Below are positions 1 to 12,200 of a DNA stretch of 64,000 nt, in pieces; within the stretch, counting starts at the first letter, position 1; each line of letters starts with the position of its first letter. The notes beneath the pieces are model-generated. The model worked only from the letters and a program-made list of their open reading frames with translations. It did no database searches and had not been told where the DNA came from. The DNA comes from Owenia fusiformis (taxonomy: Eukaryota), in the NCBI GenBank assembly GCA_903813345.2, contig CAIIXF020000001.1, positions 21,018,001 through 21,082,000 on the forward strand. Direction: 5' to 3'. A program made the translations under genes and the position numbers.

Positions 1-320
1 GATTAAGAAATTTCAACTTTTTTTGAAAAATGGCGGGAAATTTGAATATTTGAGAAATGAAATGCTCACAACTTTTTTTTCAAAAAATTTTTTTTGTTCA
101 AAAATCACTTTTTAAGTCCTGACAAATAGTAAATGAATGATAAAAAACTATTTTCAAACTTTAGACGGGGACTTTAACTGTTAAATCCACTGTAAAAACA
201 CTTTAAAACCAGTGGTTTCCCCCATTTTTCTGTGACATCATTGATGTTTGAATTTTTAGTCAATGTTAATCGAATAGTCAATGGAAGTTTAAATTATATT
301 TTCACATCCCATCAAACAAT

Positions 321-1742
321 TTAGTAATCTAAATATATATCATTTTTGACCATTTCAATTCCGTCTTTGTTATTCCCATCAAGATACACTATTTTGTTTT
401 GATCATTAATGTTCTCAGAATCAGCAGGTGTATCATATAACACATCTTCCACATAATCAGTCTCATCTGCATAATCATCCGTAGCGTTGTTATAGTCCTT
501 AGTGTTGTAATATACCACAGGTAATGTTGGACTCTTCGTTTTTACATTGATTTGTGTGTATAAATCCTTCGGGTCAGGGTCCAGGTGTAAGTTTGGTGGG
601 ACCATAGCCACACTTTGGTTCATTCCTCTATCCTTGCTGTTAGTAGGGTGGTCTCTGGGTTCTTTTGAAGAGTATTTGTGATCCTGCCTTTTGCGATTTT
701 GAATTGTCAGTAACAGTAAAAGCAGTAGAATAATTGTGATGATGGCTAATATAGCAATTCCAGTTATAAGTCCAATAACCAATGGACTGAAGACAGACTC
801 TTGGGAGAATTTGTCTGCGACATTTTGATTCACTGTCACTGTATCAGTAGTGGAGGAATTTTCCTTTGTTAGAATGCAAGATTCTGTTTCCGTGATGCAC
901 ATGTAGGCTAATTTGGAGCAACATGACATGTGTTGGAACTGGAGGTCACCTCTTATTATAGCCGCAAAGGGGCATGTTCCACAAAAGTCACTTGGACAGC
1001 TGTGATGTGAGATCAAGAGATCAAATCTTATTGCATTATAGCTATTCCAAGTTTGTGGGTATAAGCGTACAAATTGTGCATCAAATGGCTTTGTAAAGTT
1101 ATTGTAAACTGGTGTTATACTGTCATTATTCCCCAGTAGTATTTGTTCCTGTTGATTGTATATTAATTTCGTAAAATGGTCACCATCATCACTGTATTGT
1201 AACTTGTAAGAAGTGGTCCATTGAGGATGATCTGCACGTCCTTTTGTAACAATACCATATACGCACATTGCTTCCCCAAGATTAACCTGGATCCATTCAC
1301 CCACATAACCATATTTAGGTACCCAGGCAGTACGACTATTGATATTAGCATATTTTGGGGTTATCCCACTACTATGACTTGAAGATGCTGAAAACTGGTC
1401 ATCTGAGATGTTCCCCATTATAAAATAAGGTTCTGTTGTATCTGATATCCCCAACTCTGTTTCTCCCACTTCAGTATTGCTTGAGTATCCTATCCACACT
1501 TTCCTTATTGAGTTTCGGTTCATGGCATCTTTCACAGCCTGTTCAGCTTGATTGTCCTTCACTGTGATGATTGTAGCATTCATTCTTGTACACTCCATGG
1601 CAGCCTCAGACCAAGTCATAATTTCAGAGTTCACCTTTAATACAGAGTCTCTTGAGGTCATATATCCAACCGGACACACCATTCCCTCCATGTATCTAAC
1701 TGAGCATATCAGAATTAAAGTCACTTTGAATAAATATTCCAT
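321..1742 (-). CDS. Intronless type I membrane protein: signal peptide, C-type lectin-like domain interrupted by an F5/8 type C (discoidin) domain, TM helix, Tyr-rich tail
   Basis: 473-aa ORF. It shows a hydrophobic N-terminus and a CTLD N-half (CPVGY...TWSEAAMECT...VWIGY). Discoidin motifs follow (ISDDQFSASS, AWVP, EWIQVNLG, GIVTKGR, WTTSYKLQYSDDG, GNND, AQFVRLYPQTW...IRFDLL), then a CTLD C-half (C...SCCSKLAYMC). The TM segment LVIGLITGIAILAIITIILLLLLLLTI is followed by RKR. Confidence 0.88.
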   Translation of the reverse strand: MEYLFKVTLILICSVRYMEGMVCPVGYMTSRDSVLKVNSEIMTWSEAAMECTRMNATIITVKDNQAEQAVKDAMNRNSIRKVWIGYSSNTEVGETELGISDTTEPYFIMGNISDDQFSASSSHSSGITPKYANINSRTAWVPKYGYVGEWIQVNLGEAMCVYGIVTKGRADHPQWTTSYKLQYSDDGDHFTKLIYNQQEQILLGNNDSITPVYNNFTKPFDAQFVRLYPQTWNSYNAIRFDLLISHHSCPSDFCGTCPFAAIIRGDLQFQHMSCCSKLAYMCITETESCILTKENSSTTDTVTVNQNVADKFSQESVFSPLVIGLITGIAILAIITIILLLLLLLTIQNRKRQDHKYSSKEPRDHPTNSKDRGMNQSVAMVPPNLHLDPDPKDLYTQINVKTKSPTLPVVYYNTKDYNNATDDYADETDYVEDVLYDTPADSENINDQNKIVYLDGNNKDGIEMVKNDIYLDY

Positions 1743-3239
1743 ATTGTCAGTTTGTATGTATTGTCATCCCTCATCAATTATGACATTTTAACACAAGTTT
1801 TTTAATCTCAGAATTCTTATTAAGTAAAGTATTGTAGAATTATAAAGAGAGACACGGAAGAGAACCTGTCTTTTCTAGTTATTTTTTGCCTTCCTAGTTC
1901 CTGATATGAATAACATGTTTGGCTATCACGACTTTGCCTCTGGCAATATATGATTAAAGAGGCGTATCATTAAGTATGAACATCAACATTCCACTCCAGT
2001 TAATGTGAGTTATCATAACACAATGATATCATGACTGAGGATCCAGTCAATGTTTTTTTAGATACTTAGGGATGGACCATACACCATTAGGGGATATAAT
2101 GTGAACTTGTAATTATATGAATATCTTGAGACAAGAATGGCACAAAAAATTGACCCTGGTTGGAAAGAAATTCTGAAATACTACCTACTGAATAGGACAA
2201 ATAAATATACAGTTTTATAAGATCAAAAAGTTTCTCAAAAAGTGTCATGAGAGTTAAAATAATCGTCCACCCCATTTCCCTATTGAAAAAGTCATAATGG
2301 TTAGCCACCCCCCTTCTCTTTCACTTTTAATACAAAAGATTAATGTTTAAATTCTAAGAAAACAACGATGCCAGCATCAGATAGATAACTTGATGACCCG
2401 GTATGTTTCTTTCACACAAAAACATTAATGTGAAATACTAAGAAAGTTTTACTCAGATTTGGACATCAGATATGTGACAAATGATAACCTGTATCACTTT
2501 TACCTGTAAATAAATTAGCAAGTAATTAGCATCTTTTCTCTTAATTAAGACTAGAATAAAGAAGATAATAATGCAATTACAAAAGTAATTTCAGCTTTAT
2601 CTCTATTTTATAATAATTTATTGACCATTGAATATAAGTTGAATGTATGGAACCACTGGCACTTTAAACCCTCAGCCATTTATTCCCAAGTATTAATGTC
2701 CCTTCAACCAACCTGAACCCTCTCAATTAAGTTGATTAGTTCATAAGGTCATCAAAACCATTCTAAGAAGGCAATAACTTTTGGAAAAATACTTTTTGGG
2801 AAATAAAAATTATTTTGAGTGTATTTAAGAAATATTTTTTAAATTACCTTAATATTAATGAAGAAAATTGGACTGTGTTCATCTTCATTTGAGTTCATGT
2901 ATCTGTGAGTGGTTGAATTTGTAACATCAATGATCTTTTGTGTGTACAATGTATGGTTTTTTGTTGATGTATCAACATTAAGTAAAAAAAATGAAAGTCA
3001 CTTTTTCCTGAGGGAGAGGAATAGAATAATTTATATCTTTACGAACAAGTTTTCTTGTTAAGTATACCAAGCACTATATATTTAAACGTCCAATAAGTCT
3101 ATGACTTTAGCAACAACATGAAATGTTATACATGATAAAAATAGATTAAATAGAGGGATGTGAAATACTGATGTATTAAAAAGGTTGTATAGAATAGCAG
3201 GATTAAGACTAATGCTGATTATCTTTATCTATTTTGCAG

Positions 3240-6200
3240 TGCTCTGTCCAAATATCCCGTTGTACTTGATAGAAGACAATGCAAAACCAATCAACAATAC
3301 AACAAGTCTACATACAATGCAACAGACGTATTCACCAATCAAATACCTCCGACACAATGTAATCCAGCAGACAACAAGTAATACTACAGCGCCATCTTTG
3401 TTTGACCAAGTGTGGAATCAGACAACAACTGTACCATTGTTTTTGATTCTGGTCTTGTTTCCACTGATGAACTTTAAATCTCCAACATTCTTCACAAAAT
3501 TCAACTCACTAGGTATGTATGTTATGATATTTGTTCAATTTTGAATACAATTTGAAAATTTAAGTTTGGAAGATGTAGATATACTTAGGTTTTTACCCCT
3601 TCTCCAACTATTTTTAAGTTTAAGACTATGGATGTACTATATATCATATATACTTGTTTTCAAAATAATACTGTAAAAGATATTAGCAAATTAAATGTAT
3701 TGCGCCAAAGTCTTGGTTTTGTTGAAATAGTCATTTGTCATTTCCTTTCTGAACTTTCTCAGCCTTTCAACTAAATGTATGTATCAAACCATAGGGAGGG
3801 ACTAGATCAACAAAAGATGGCAGCATTAGTTTGTCCATTTATATCTTCTGTTTATATTCCTACCCAGTCTATATGCATTAAACCCTTGCTATAGTAGTAT
3901 CCTATGAAAGTGTATAGACATACATTGTAAAGTAAAAACATCTTGATTTATAAACCTCCCTGTGCTGTATTTTTTTCTCCAGATTGCTCTAAAAGCTAAG
4001 GAATATTAGAAGATTGATAATAAGTGCGTTTGTTTCAGGAACGATCTCTGTGCTTTATCTGCTCACATTTACTACAATCAAGGGAGTCCGTTGGGGCTTC
4101 CATCTGGATTTCAACCCTGCACATGTTAACACATATGTACCTGGTAAGTTAGAGCTTTATATCATATGTCTATATTAATATCAAATGGACAAATGTAGAC
4201 TATGAGGGCTGTTTCAAAAGTTATGTAATGAGGGACTCTAAGGTTGCTAAGATACAAGGGTGATACAAGTTCTAATTGCTGTCACTCAAGTACTGTTTGT
4301 GCAACATACTGTATTTTATATGACCCATGTTTCAAATTGGACTTTTTTTTTTATTGTATTCTATTCTTCGGGTTACAATAAGTATATTTTGTTACACAAC
4401 ACAACAAATCTTTTATTTAATTTGGAACCAGGTATGGCTTGTGGTCACTACTTTATTTGTTGATACTGCATGTATATTACAAGCTATTCAGCAGAAGATG
4501 TGTCTCATGCAGTATGTAATACAGATTGTATGCTATGTTAAAATTGTTGTTCGATTGATATCAAGATGGTTGGTCATCATTAAAACCAAAGATGCTATTC
4601 GACTGAAGTCGATGCCCTTTGGAAAGGTATGTAACCACCTCTGAACCTATCGGCACCAGTCAAAGGTAAACTCAACTTGATGCAACAATGAATTATTTAA
4701 GAATTTAATTTAAAAATTGGAGTTAACTGTTGCTGGACCAAGCCCAGAATGATTGATTAAACTCCTAAAACTCACTCACTACAAGGCCAAAAAACTTTGC
4801 TCAACTCAACCGGCACATCACGCTACATACCTTTATTATGAACCATGCCTCTCTACACTTCACTGCACATACCATGGTGTATAGAAAACATTAATTTTAT
4901 TCTTAAATCGCTTTGCTCAAATGAATATAAATAAAACAATTGTTTATTGGAGCTTACTTGACATTTATCTTAATTTAGCCCCAAGAATCAACAAGCCATA
5001 ATTATCCAAAATGTCAACACCTGCCATTTGTTACAGGTGCCAAACACCAACCACCAACCACTGGTTGGTGACCATAATGACATGAAAATAACATTTTAAA
5101 ATGAGCTTTATTTTGCAGATTATATACAGTATTTGAAATAATTTTATTTCAGAATTTGAAACTACATTATTTACGATGACAGGAATCCTTTCCCTGGGGC
5201 TGTTCATCCACAATGCAATCATTAGCATTATGAGGACCCACTCTAATCCTAAAGCTGTTGTATGTGTTGTGTATACCTTCCTATTTAGCATGTAGCATAC
5301 CACATTGATGATTATGTCACTCATATTCACAATACTACAGATATAGTATTAAATAATAACATGTGTGTAATAATTTCTCTCTGACAGTATCTGGAGAGTC
5401 TTTTATTATTTGTTCACATCTCACAATGGCATCCTAGTGATCCCAGCTAATCTAGTTTCTCCTGTTCTGTGTTGGGACTTAGAAATGTGATAATGAGACC
5501 TCTTTCCCATGACTTGTTTTATGAGAAGACAAATTGTATTGTGCTATTTGATTGACATGATCATTGTGGTATATTTTGGATTGGAATGAACTTTTCATCT
5601 GCTTGTGTTATAGTGCTGTTAACCAATTTATTAATATTTAATATATTGTTGTTTTTAATTTGTGTTTTGGGGGTTTAAACTAACTTAATATGGTGCTTAG
5701 CTTACTGTGGTAGTTGTAATCAATTAACATTTGCTTTTACTCTAAAACATTCAACATCAGCCATAGAGATGTTGCTCAGTGATAGAGCTGATACTATCTT
5801 GTAATTTAAGATTAAGGAGATCTGGCTTAAATCCTTAATTGAAGATCATTCCTTTAAACTTTAAATTTTAAGATCATACTCTGAGAGAAAAAACTATTCC
5901 AGTTTTCACACTGAAAGAAACACTTATGTTGCTGGACAATTCTTATTAGGACTCATTAGAAAATTAAGATGGCTTCAGACTTGGTGTCCAGTTGCACATA
6001 GTTTTACTGTTAAAAGAAAACTCTCATTTGATCTTTGTCTGTAGATTGTATGGAGAATAGGATTAGTCAGTAGTTGAATTAACCTATTAACATAGTTATT
6101 AACTAATATAACATATAACATTGTTTTTGCATTGTGTGTATCTCAACAACTAAATGCCTCTCTTATATATAGGTAAATGTTGGATAAATGGAAAATTATC

Positions 6201-9200
6201 AATAAGTCAAATGTGATTGCAAACTTAAATATTATGCCATACAGGGATGCTGCCTATTAATGTGTACTAGGTTCTGTGACTAGCCAGTGATTTCAGAGGG
6301 GTAGTCACTAAAGAGAGGTGTTCAACAGAAAGAAATGTAGTCATGTTTGACTTATGGTATTTACTATTTTTTCCCTAAAGCATGCTTGTTTTGTTTTAAT
6401 TAGAGTTCGAGTTCTCCTTCTTTGCTTTGAGTGGGACTATGGCCCTTGCCTATTTTATACATAACTGTGTACTGTCAATCCTCCGCAATCAAAAAAATCC
6501 AGAAAATAGTGTAAGTAGATTAAATGGGGGTTAGCTTCAAATAGAATTACAAAAAGTTTCTTAGAACAGTCTAAATATTATTTTCAATATAAAGTTTCTA
6601 CCATTGACCTACTACATGTATTGTGCAATTCTCCGATTAAAATTATTATATACCAAGTCGGTATGTTTTAATTTGTGAAAATATTGTTTTCCCTGCATGT
6701 CAAAGTTTAAGATTAATGAAGAATTATATTTTGGTAAAATAAAAGTACATACGAGGGTTGATCATAAAGTTCTCATAATATCTCTCTAATTTCTTTATTT
6801 TTCAATATTTTCCTTTGAAATTTTCACAGAATATGCAGCATGGAATGTTTTATTAATCCAACAAACAATATTTACAATAACAGAAATATTAAATAAGAAA
6901 TAGTTGCCATAGTAACTTGAAATCAAGGCACCCGAGGCAAATAAAAAAACTAGCTAGAATAGCCCCCATTAACCATGTTTAAATACAATATAAGTTGTCA
7001 AATGAGCTATCAAACACATTAAATTGTCAAATAATATGGGCTCTCGACTGTTGTGAACTATTATAATGGTCAGGTGAATTGTATGATCTCATAATGGATG
7101 ATTGTTATGCTTCATTAGAAGTGACTGTTAGACCCCGTGACTGTTTTGTCAAATATCCCGAGGAAAATTGATTTTGCCCCTTTAGTTCATTTTTAACATG
7201 TACAGACCATACACAGGGTGTCATTTTGCTGATATCTTAGCAATATATTTGTTTTAGACCATGTTTAGTCTGACCAGAGGATCTTACAAACTTAACATAA
7301 CATTTTATCTGTATGAATTTTATTTTTCTGAAGATCTCTGCATCTATCGCATTCTCTTACTCAGTCATTTCTGATCATTAAATTTGAGTCTCAGACTCTG
7401 GTATCACATCTAACGGAGCATGAAAGCACCCCTTTTGACATCACACAATTTACACAATCGGTTTATTTAATTGTTAAAGCACTTTACAACATATTCAAGT
7501 TAACATTTTAACGTGTTTGGTAATTCATGAGAGTTTATTATGTATGTAAACATGGTTAATTAAGCTCATTCTCTCAATTATTTTTATTTGCCCTGAGTGC
7601 CTTGATTTCCAGTTACTATGGCAACAATTTCTTATTTAATATTTCTGTTAAACTAAATATTTTTTGCTGAATTAATAAGACATTCTATGCTGCACATTCT
7701 GTGAAAATTTCATTAGAATATATTGAAATAAAAAAATTAGAGAGATATTATGAGAACTTTATGATCAACCCTCGTATGTTCAAAACTACATAAAATTAGA
7801 CTTATGTTGTATTCCAGGGAAGAGACCTGACCATAGCATACATACTGGTAGCCCTCACATACCTTTACATTGGGGTATTCTTCTTCGCCACCTTTCCTTT
7901 ACACAAATACTGCATAGAAGATGTAAGTACAGCTACTGTCAATTGGAGAAAAATATCTACCCTACTTCAAATTTCAAATTATCGTTCAAATAGTGTTTTC
8001 AATACTAATTTAATTTTTTAAGCACTTTTGTAATACCATATAATAATCGAAAAACATAATTATGCTGTGATTATTTTATTCCAGAATTTTTTAAACAATT
8101 TCCTGAAATCAGATACTCTATCAGTCGTAGCCAGAGTTGGATTGTTCTTCCAAATGGTGACTGTATTCCCTCTGCTCATCTATATATTCCGTCTACAGTT
8201 CATGCACAGCATGTTTGGGGCCATATATCCCAGGTGAGTTGCTTTATACAAGGGTGGATCAAAAAGTTTCTCACCTTTATATATTTTGTCTGTCTAGGTA
8301 ATATCTCAAGTACCAGTTGACAGATTTGGGTAGTGTACATCTGCTCAAGAAAATTGATGGGCACTTTACTTTCAAAATGTAAACTATTTTGCATAAAACA
8401 ATGTAGCCTTTGATAACTGAAATACTAACTCTTTAATTGATTTGGTATATGCTGATGCTTTGATGACAAAATTGCCTCTAAACTCAAAATTGAATAGTTA
8501 TTTATGTAAATGTACTTTTTGATAACTTGAATACCACTTACCAGATTTGGTCCTTTTATAGGACAGTGTATTATAAGCATTGGGCATCTGCTCGGGAACA
8601 AATTTTCCATATGGCTGTACCAAATTACATTTTTTCTGAGACCCAGAAACTAAATATACAGTGTAGTAGCAATATAGATGAAGCTCTTTTAAAGTAGAGA
8701 TGTCAAATTTTTGAAAAAAGTGCATTATAGCTTAGCACTCTTGTATTCCTGGTATCTTTCTCCAGCTTCAGCCATGAATGATGTATGAACCTCATTGAAG
8801 TGTGGTTGGAGGTTTGCTTTCACCTTTTCCATCCATACTGCCAGTTTTGGACGTTGTTCAGTCAAATATCCCTTACCATATGCCTCTAGTTGGCTTAGCT
8901 CACAAACACAATGGAGGTCAGCAATTGTTAATTTTGAACCTGCCAGGAATGGGTTGGCTTTCAACCATATTGTCTCCAAATTGTCTAACATTGCCTCATA
9001 GTTACTCTTGGCTGTTGACTCATCAATGCTTCCTCCCCCAAACTGGAATCAACAATATTTATCTGTAGGCTTCAAAGAGAAATTGTTAGAATACTACAAT
9101 AAAGTACGTAATCATAAACAAATACAAAACATGATGCGTGAAAAGCCTTATGCCAGGGTTGTTTCCACTTACCTGTAGTTTTTATGTATAATGCTAATTC

Positions 9201-12200
9201 ATTTCCATGTATGTCAATAATCCTGTTATATATTGTTTTGTTGCTAAACTAGTTTCAAACTGTTTGCTGTATTTCTCACTCATCCTGTTCTTTTCTATTC
9301 AGAAAACATTTGACATTGTAATATTGTTTGCTTACCAACGCTTGGACATAGCCATGGGCATGTTTTCTCATGTCAGCTGGGTGCCAGGCCAGGTATGTGT
9401 TCACCAGGGCCCGATCCTTCAGATCCTTAGGGTACCAGTGATCAGCCACATCTTTTCTGTCCCCTAGGTACTGCAGAGCAGCCACACTGAAAGTTTGATG
9501 AAATCTGTCAAATCTGAATGTCATTGGATTATTGGCATGCTACCAGGTTTTCATGTCTGTCTATGGCAAAAGTGCTCACGTTGAGAGGTGTTCAGGTTAG
9601 GAAGGTGTTTGGATATACATGTTTTAATTTACTTTGTGAAAGGATCTATTGCAGGGAGCTTCAAAAATATGATGGCGGCAGTTTGGTTCTTTAGATGCAA
9701 ACTTTAGAGAATTTTCAAATGGAGCAGAAATAAAATGTGTAAGGTGTATGTGTAACTGTACAATTCATTTGGTTAATGTTATTTGATTGGACAAGTCAAA
9801 CAAAAAGGGGTTTTAAATTATAGTCAAATTGCCAAAAGACGTAAAATAATTCCCCAAAAATTGCAAGTAGCTGGAGGCCACTAAATACCTGTCATGGTCA
9901 TATCTATGATTACAATAATTGATCCAAATATTCGTAACTTTACAAACTATTTTTGTTAATGACAACCCCCTGTCTAACATTTTGATGGCTCTTTGTCTCT
10001 CATCAGGATTCAATTAATCTCTGGATAGTTAGGTTTCAGCAAGACTGTATTGTAAACTCTATCAGGCATCAGCTACACCAAACATTTCCCTTTGTATACA
10101 AGTGGACTTTCAATCCAAAATCAATGTTTTGTTCAGTGCTTTGAGTATTAATTATCCCATCGAACGAAGTTCGGAGGGATATAGGGAACGCCTCCGTCCG
10201 TCCGTCCGTACGTATGTCCGTCCGTCCGTCCGTCCGGGCAATAACTCAAATACCGTTGGCCCGATTTTGTTCATATTTTGTACACATATACCCTATGGGG
10301 GTAGAAGTTCTGCTCGAAAGCCGATTTTCAAAATGGCCGCTCATTTCAAAATGGCGGCCATTTTAGTGCCGATTTTAAAGTAATTTAGGTGCAATATGTA
10401 AAACTGTAATAGCAATATGTATTTTACTATATCTCGAAAAGTAGTGAAGGGATTTTGTTCATATTTGGTATGTGAATACTATAAGCATGGCACCCTGTCT
10501 AATGACACTTTTGGTAGAAGGTGGCCATTTTGAAAAATGGCCGCCATTTTAACGTATTTTACTATAACTCGAAAAGTAGTGGAGCCATTTTGTTTATATT
10601 TGGTATGTGAATACTAAAAGCATGGCACACTGTCTAATGACACTTTTGGTAGAAGGTGGCCATTTTGAAAAATGGCCCCATTTTAACGTATTTTACTATA
10701 ACTTGAAAAGTAGTTCAGCGATTTTGTTCATATTTGGTATGTTTCATTTTTTTATATGTGAATACTATAAGCATGGCACACTGTCTAATGACACTTTGGG
10801 TAGTAGGCGGCCATTTTGAAAAATAGCCACCATTTTCACGTTTTTTACTATAACTTGAAAAGTAGTGAAGCGATTTTGTTCATATTTGATATGTGAATAC
10901 TCATGAGCCTTGCACACTGTCTCATGACACTTCGGATAGTAGGCGGCCATTTTAAAAAATGGCTGTCATTTTTACACTTTTTACTATAACTCGAAAAGTA
11001 GTGGAGCGATTTTTTGTTCATATTTGATATGTGAATACTCTAAGCATGGCACATTGTCTAATAAAACTTTGGGGAGTAGTCGGCCATTTTGAAAAATGGC
11101 CACCATTTTTATGTGTGTTATTTTACAAGTACATGTGTGCGATTTTTCAAAAATTTTATAGGTGGCTACTTAAAAGCATATTATTTCTTCTGATGACAAC
11201 TTGGCTAGTGAGCAACCATTTTGAAAATGGTGGCCTTTCTGGTGTGTTGTTTTATGATATTTGCTATATATTTCGTTTGTAAAAATGCCAGCCATTTCTG
11301 TTCGATGGGATTCGCTACGCTTTGGCGTTGCCGTTGTTCTGGTTGAAACTTTACCTCTCTACTATGAACATGCCATCTATTTCCAATGTTGGGACACGCT
11401 TGAATGGATTCATCCTGGCATATTCCTCAGTGTGAATACTTGCATACACTGCACTCCCTGTAAAATACATATGTGAGGGCTCAGTTGAAAAAGACACAGT
11501 AAGAACATGCAATAGAAATATATAATAGAGACACAACACAAACATATGAGACACAATAGAAACAGACAATAAAGACACAGTAGAAAAGAAAAACGATAGA
11601 AAAGATAAATATTGGACTATTTTATAGTGTTAACTGATTTCAAACGCAAAATAGTGAAGCCAAAAATCCAAATGAGCTTTGCACCGATTTAAAAATCCTA
11701 CATTCTAACATTTGGGATGATTATTTTATTACCTTTATAAATCTGAAGGTCATTGAGTTGAAAGTCAATGTTGTTTACCTTCAGGAAGATCCCCAGGGAC
11801 CTACAAGGCTGGGATATGTAGTCCCCATGAAGGATAATTGACATTGTCAAATGTTTCTTGGCTTTTATATCCTTCTTCTTGTTTCACTTTATCTATGCCA
11901 GTTTTCTGTTTCTTGATCCCCTCCTGTATGTCAGTTAGGACATGGAGTGTTGATCCAGGGTATGTAGGTCTAAAGAATATTTAAGATATCCACATCTGCT
12001 CTCAAGTTTTACTATTGAGTACGCTGTATGTACATGTATGTACATTGTGCATTTTTGGACTTTTGCTCAAAAATGGTTAATTATTAAAAAAATTGAAGAT
12101 ATGTGTTATTTGAACACCTTAGAGATAACAATGTACATTAGAGTACATACATGTATTATAAAACCCATCTTAATTCATGAACTCTTCCACCATTCCAGAA

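Noticed and set aside
1-177. Possible right end of a TTAA-type element
   Set aside because: The other end lies outside the window, so TIR and TSD cannot be verified.
2359-2400. Possible small SLC38A9 exon ending in gtatgt
   Set aside because: The frame needed to join exon 3240 contains a stop, and there is no recognisable homology.
4201-4680. Mariner-like left end and decayed C-terminal remnant
   Set aside because: No matching right TIR was found; too degenerate to delimit.
5765-5850. tRNA/SINE-like A- and B-box remnants
   Set aside because: No cloverleaf, and the boxes are poor matches.
9813-10013. ORF resembling a Tc1 transposase N-terminal HTH (similar hint at 27060-27380)
   Set aside because: Short and decayed, with no termini identified.
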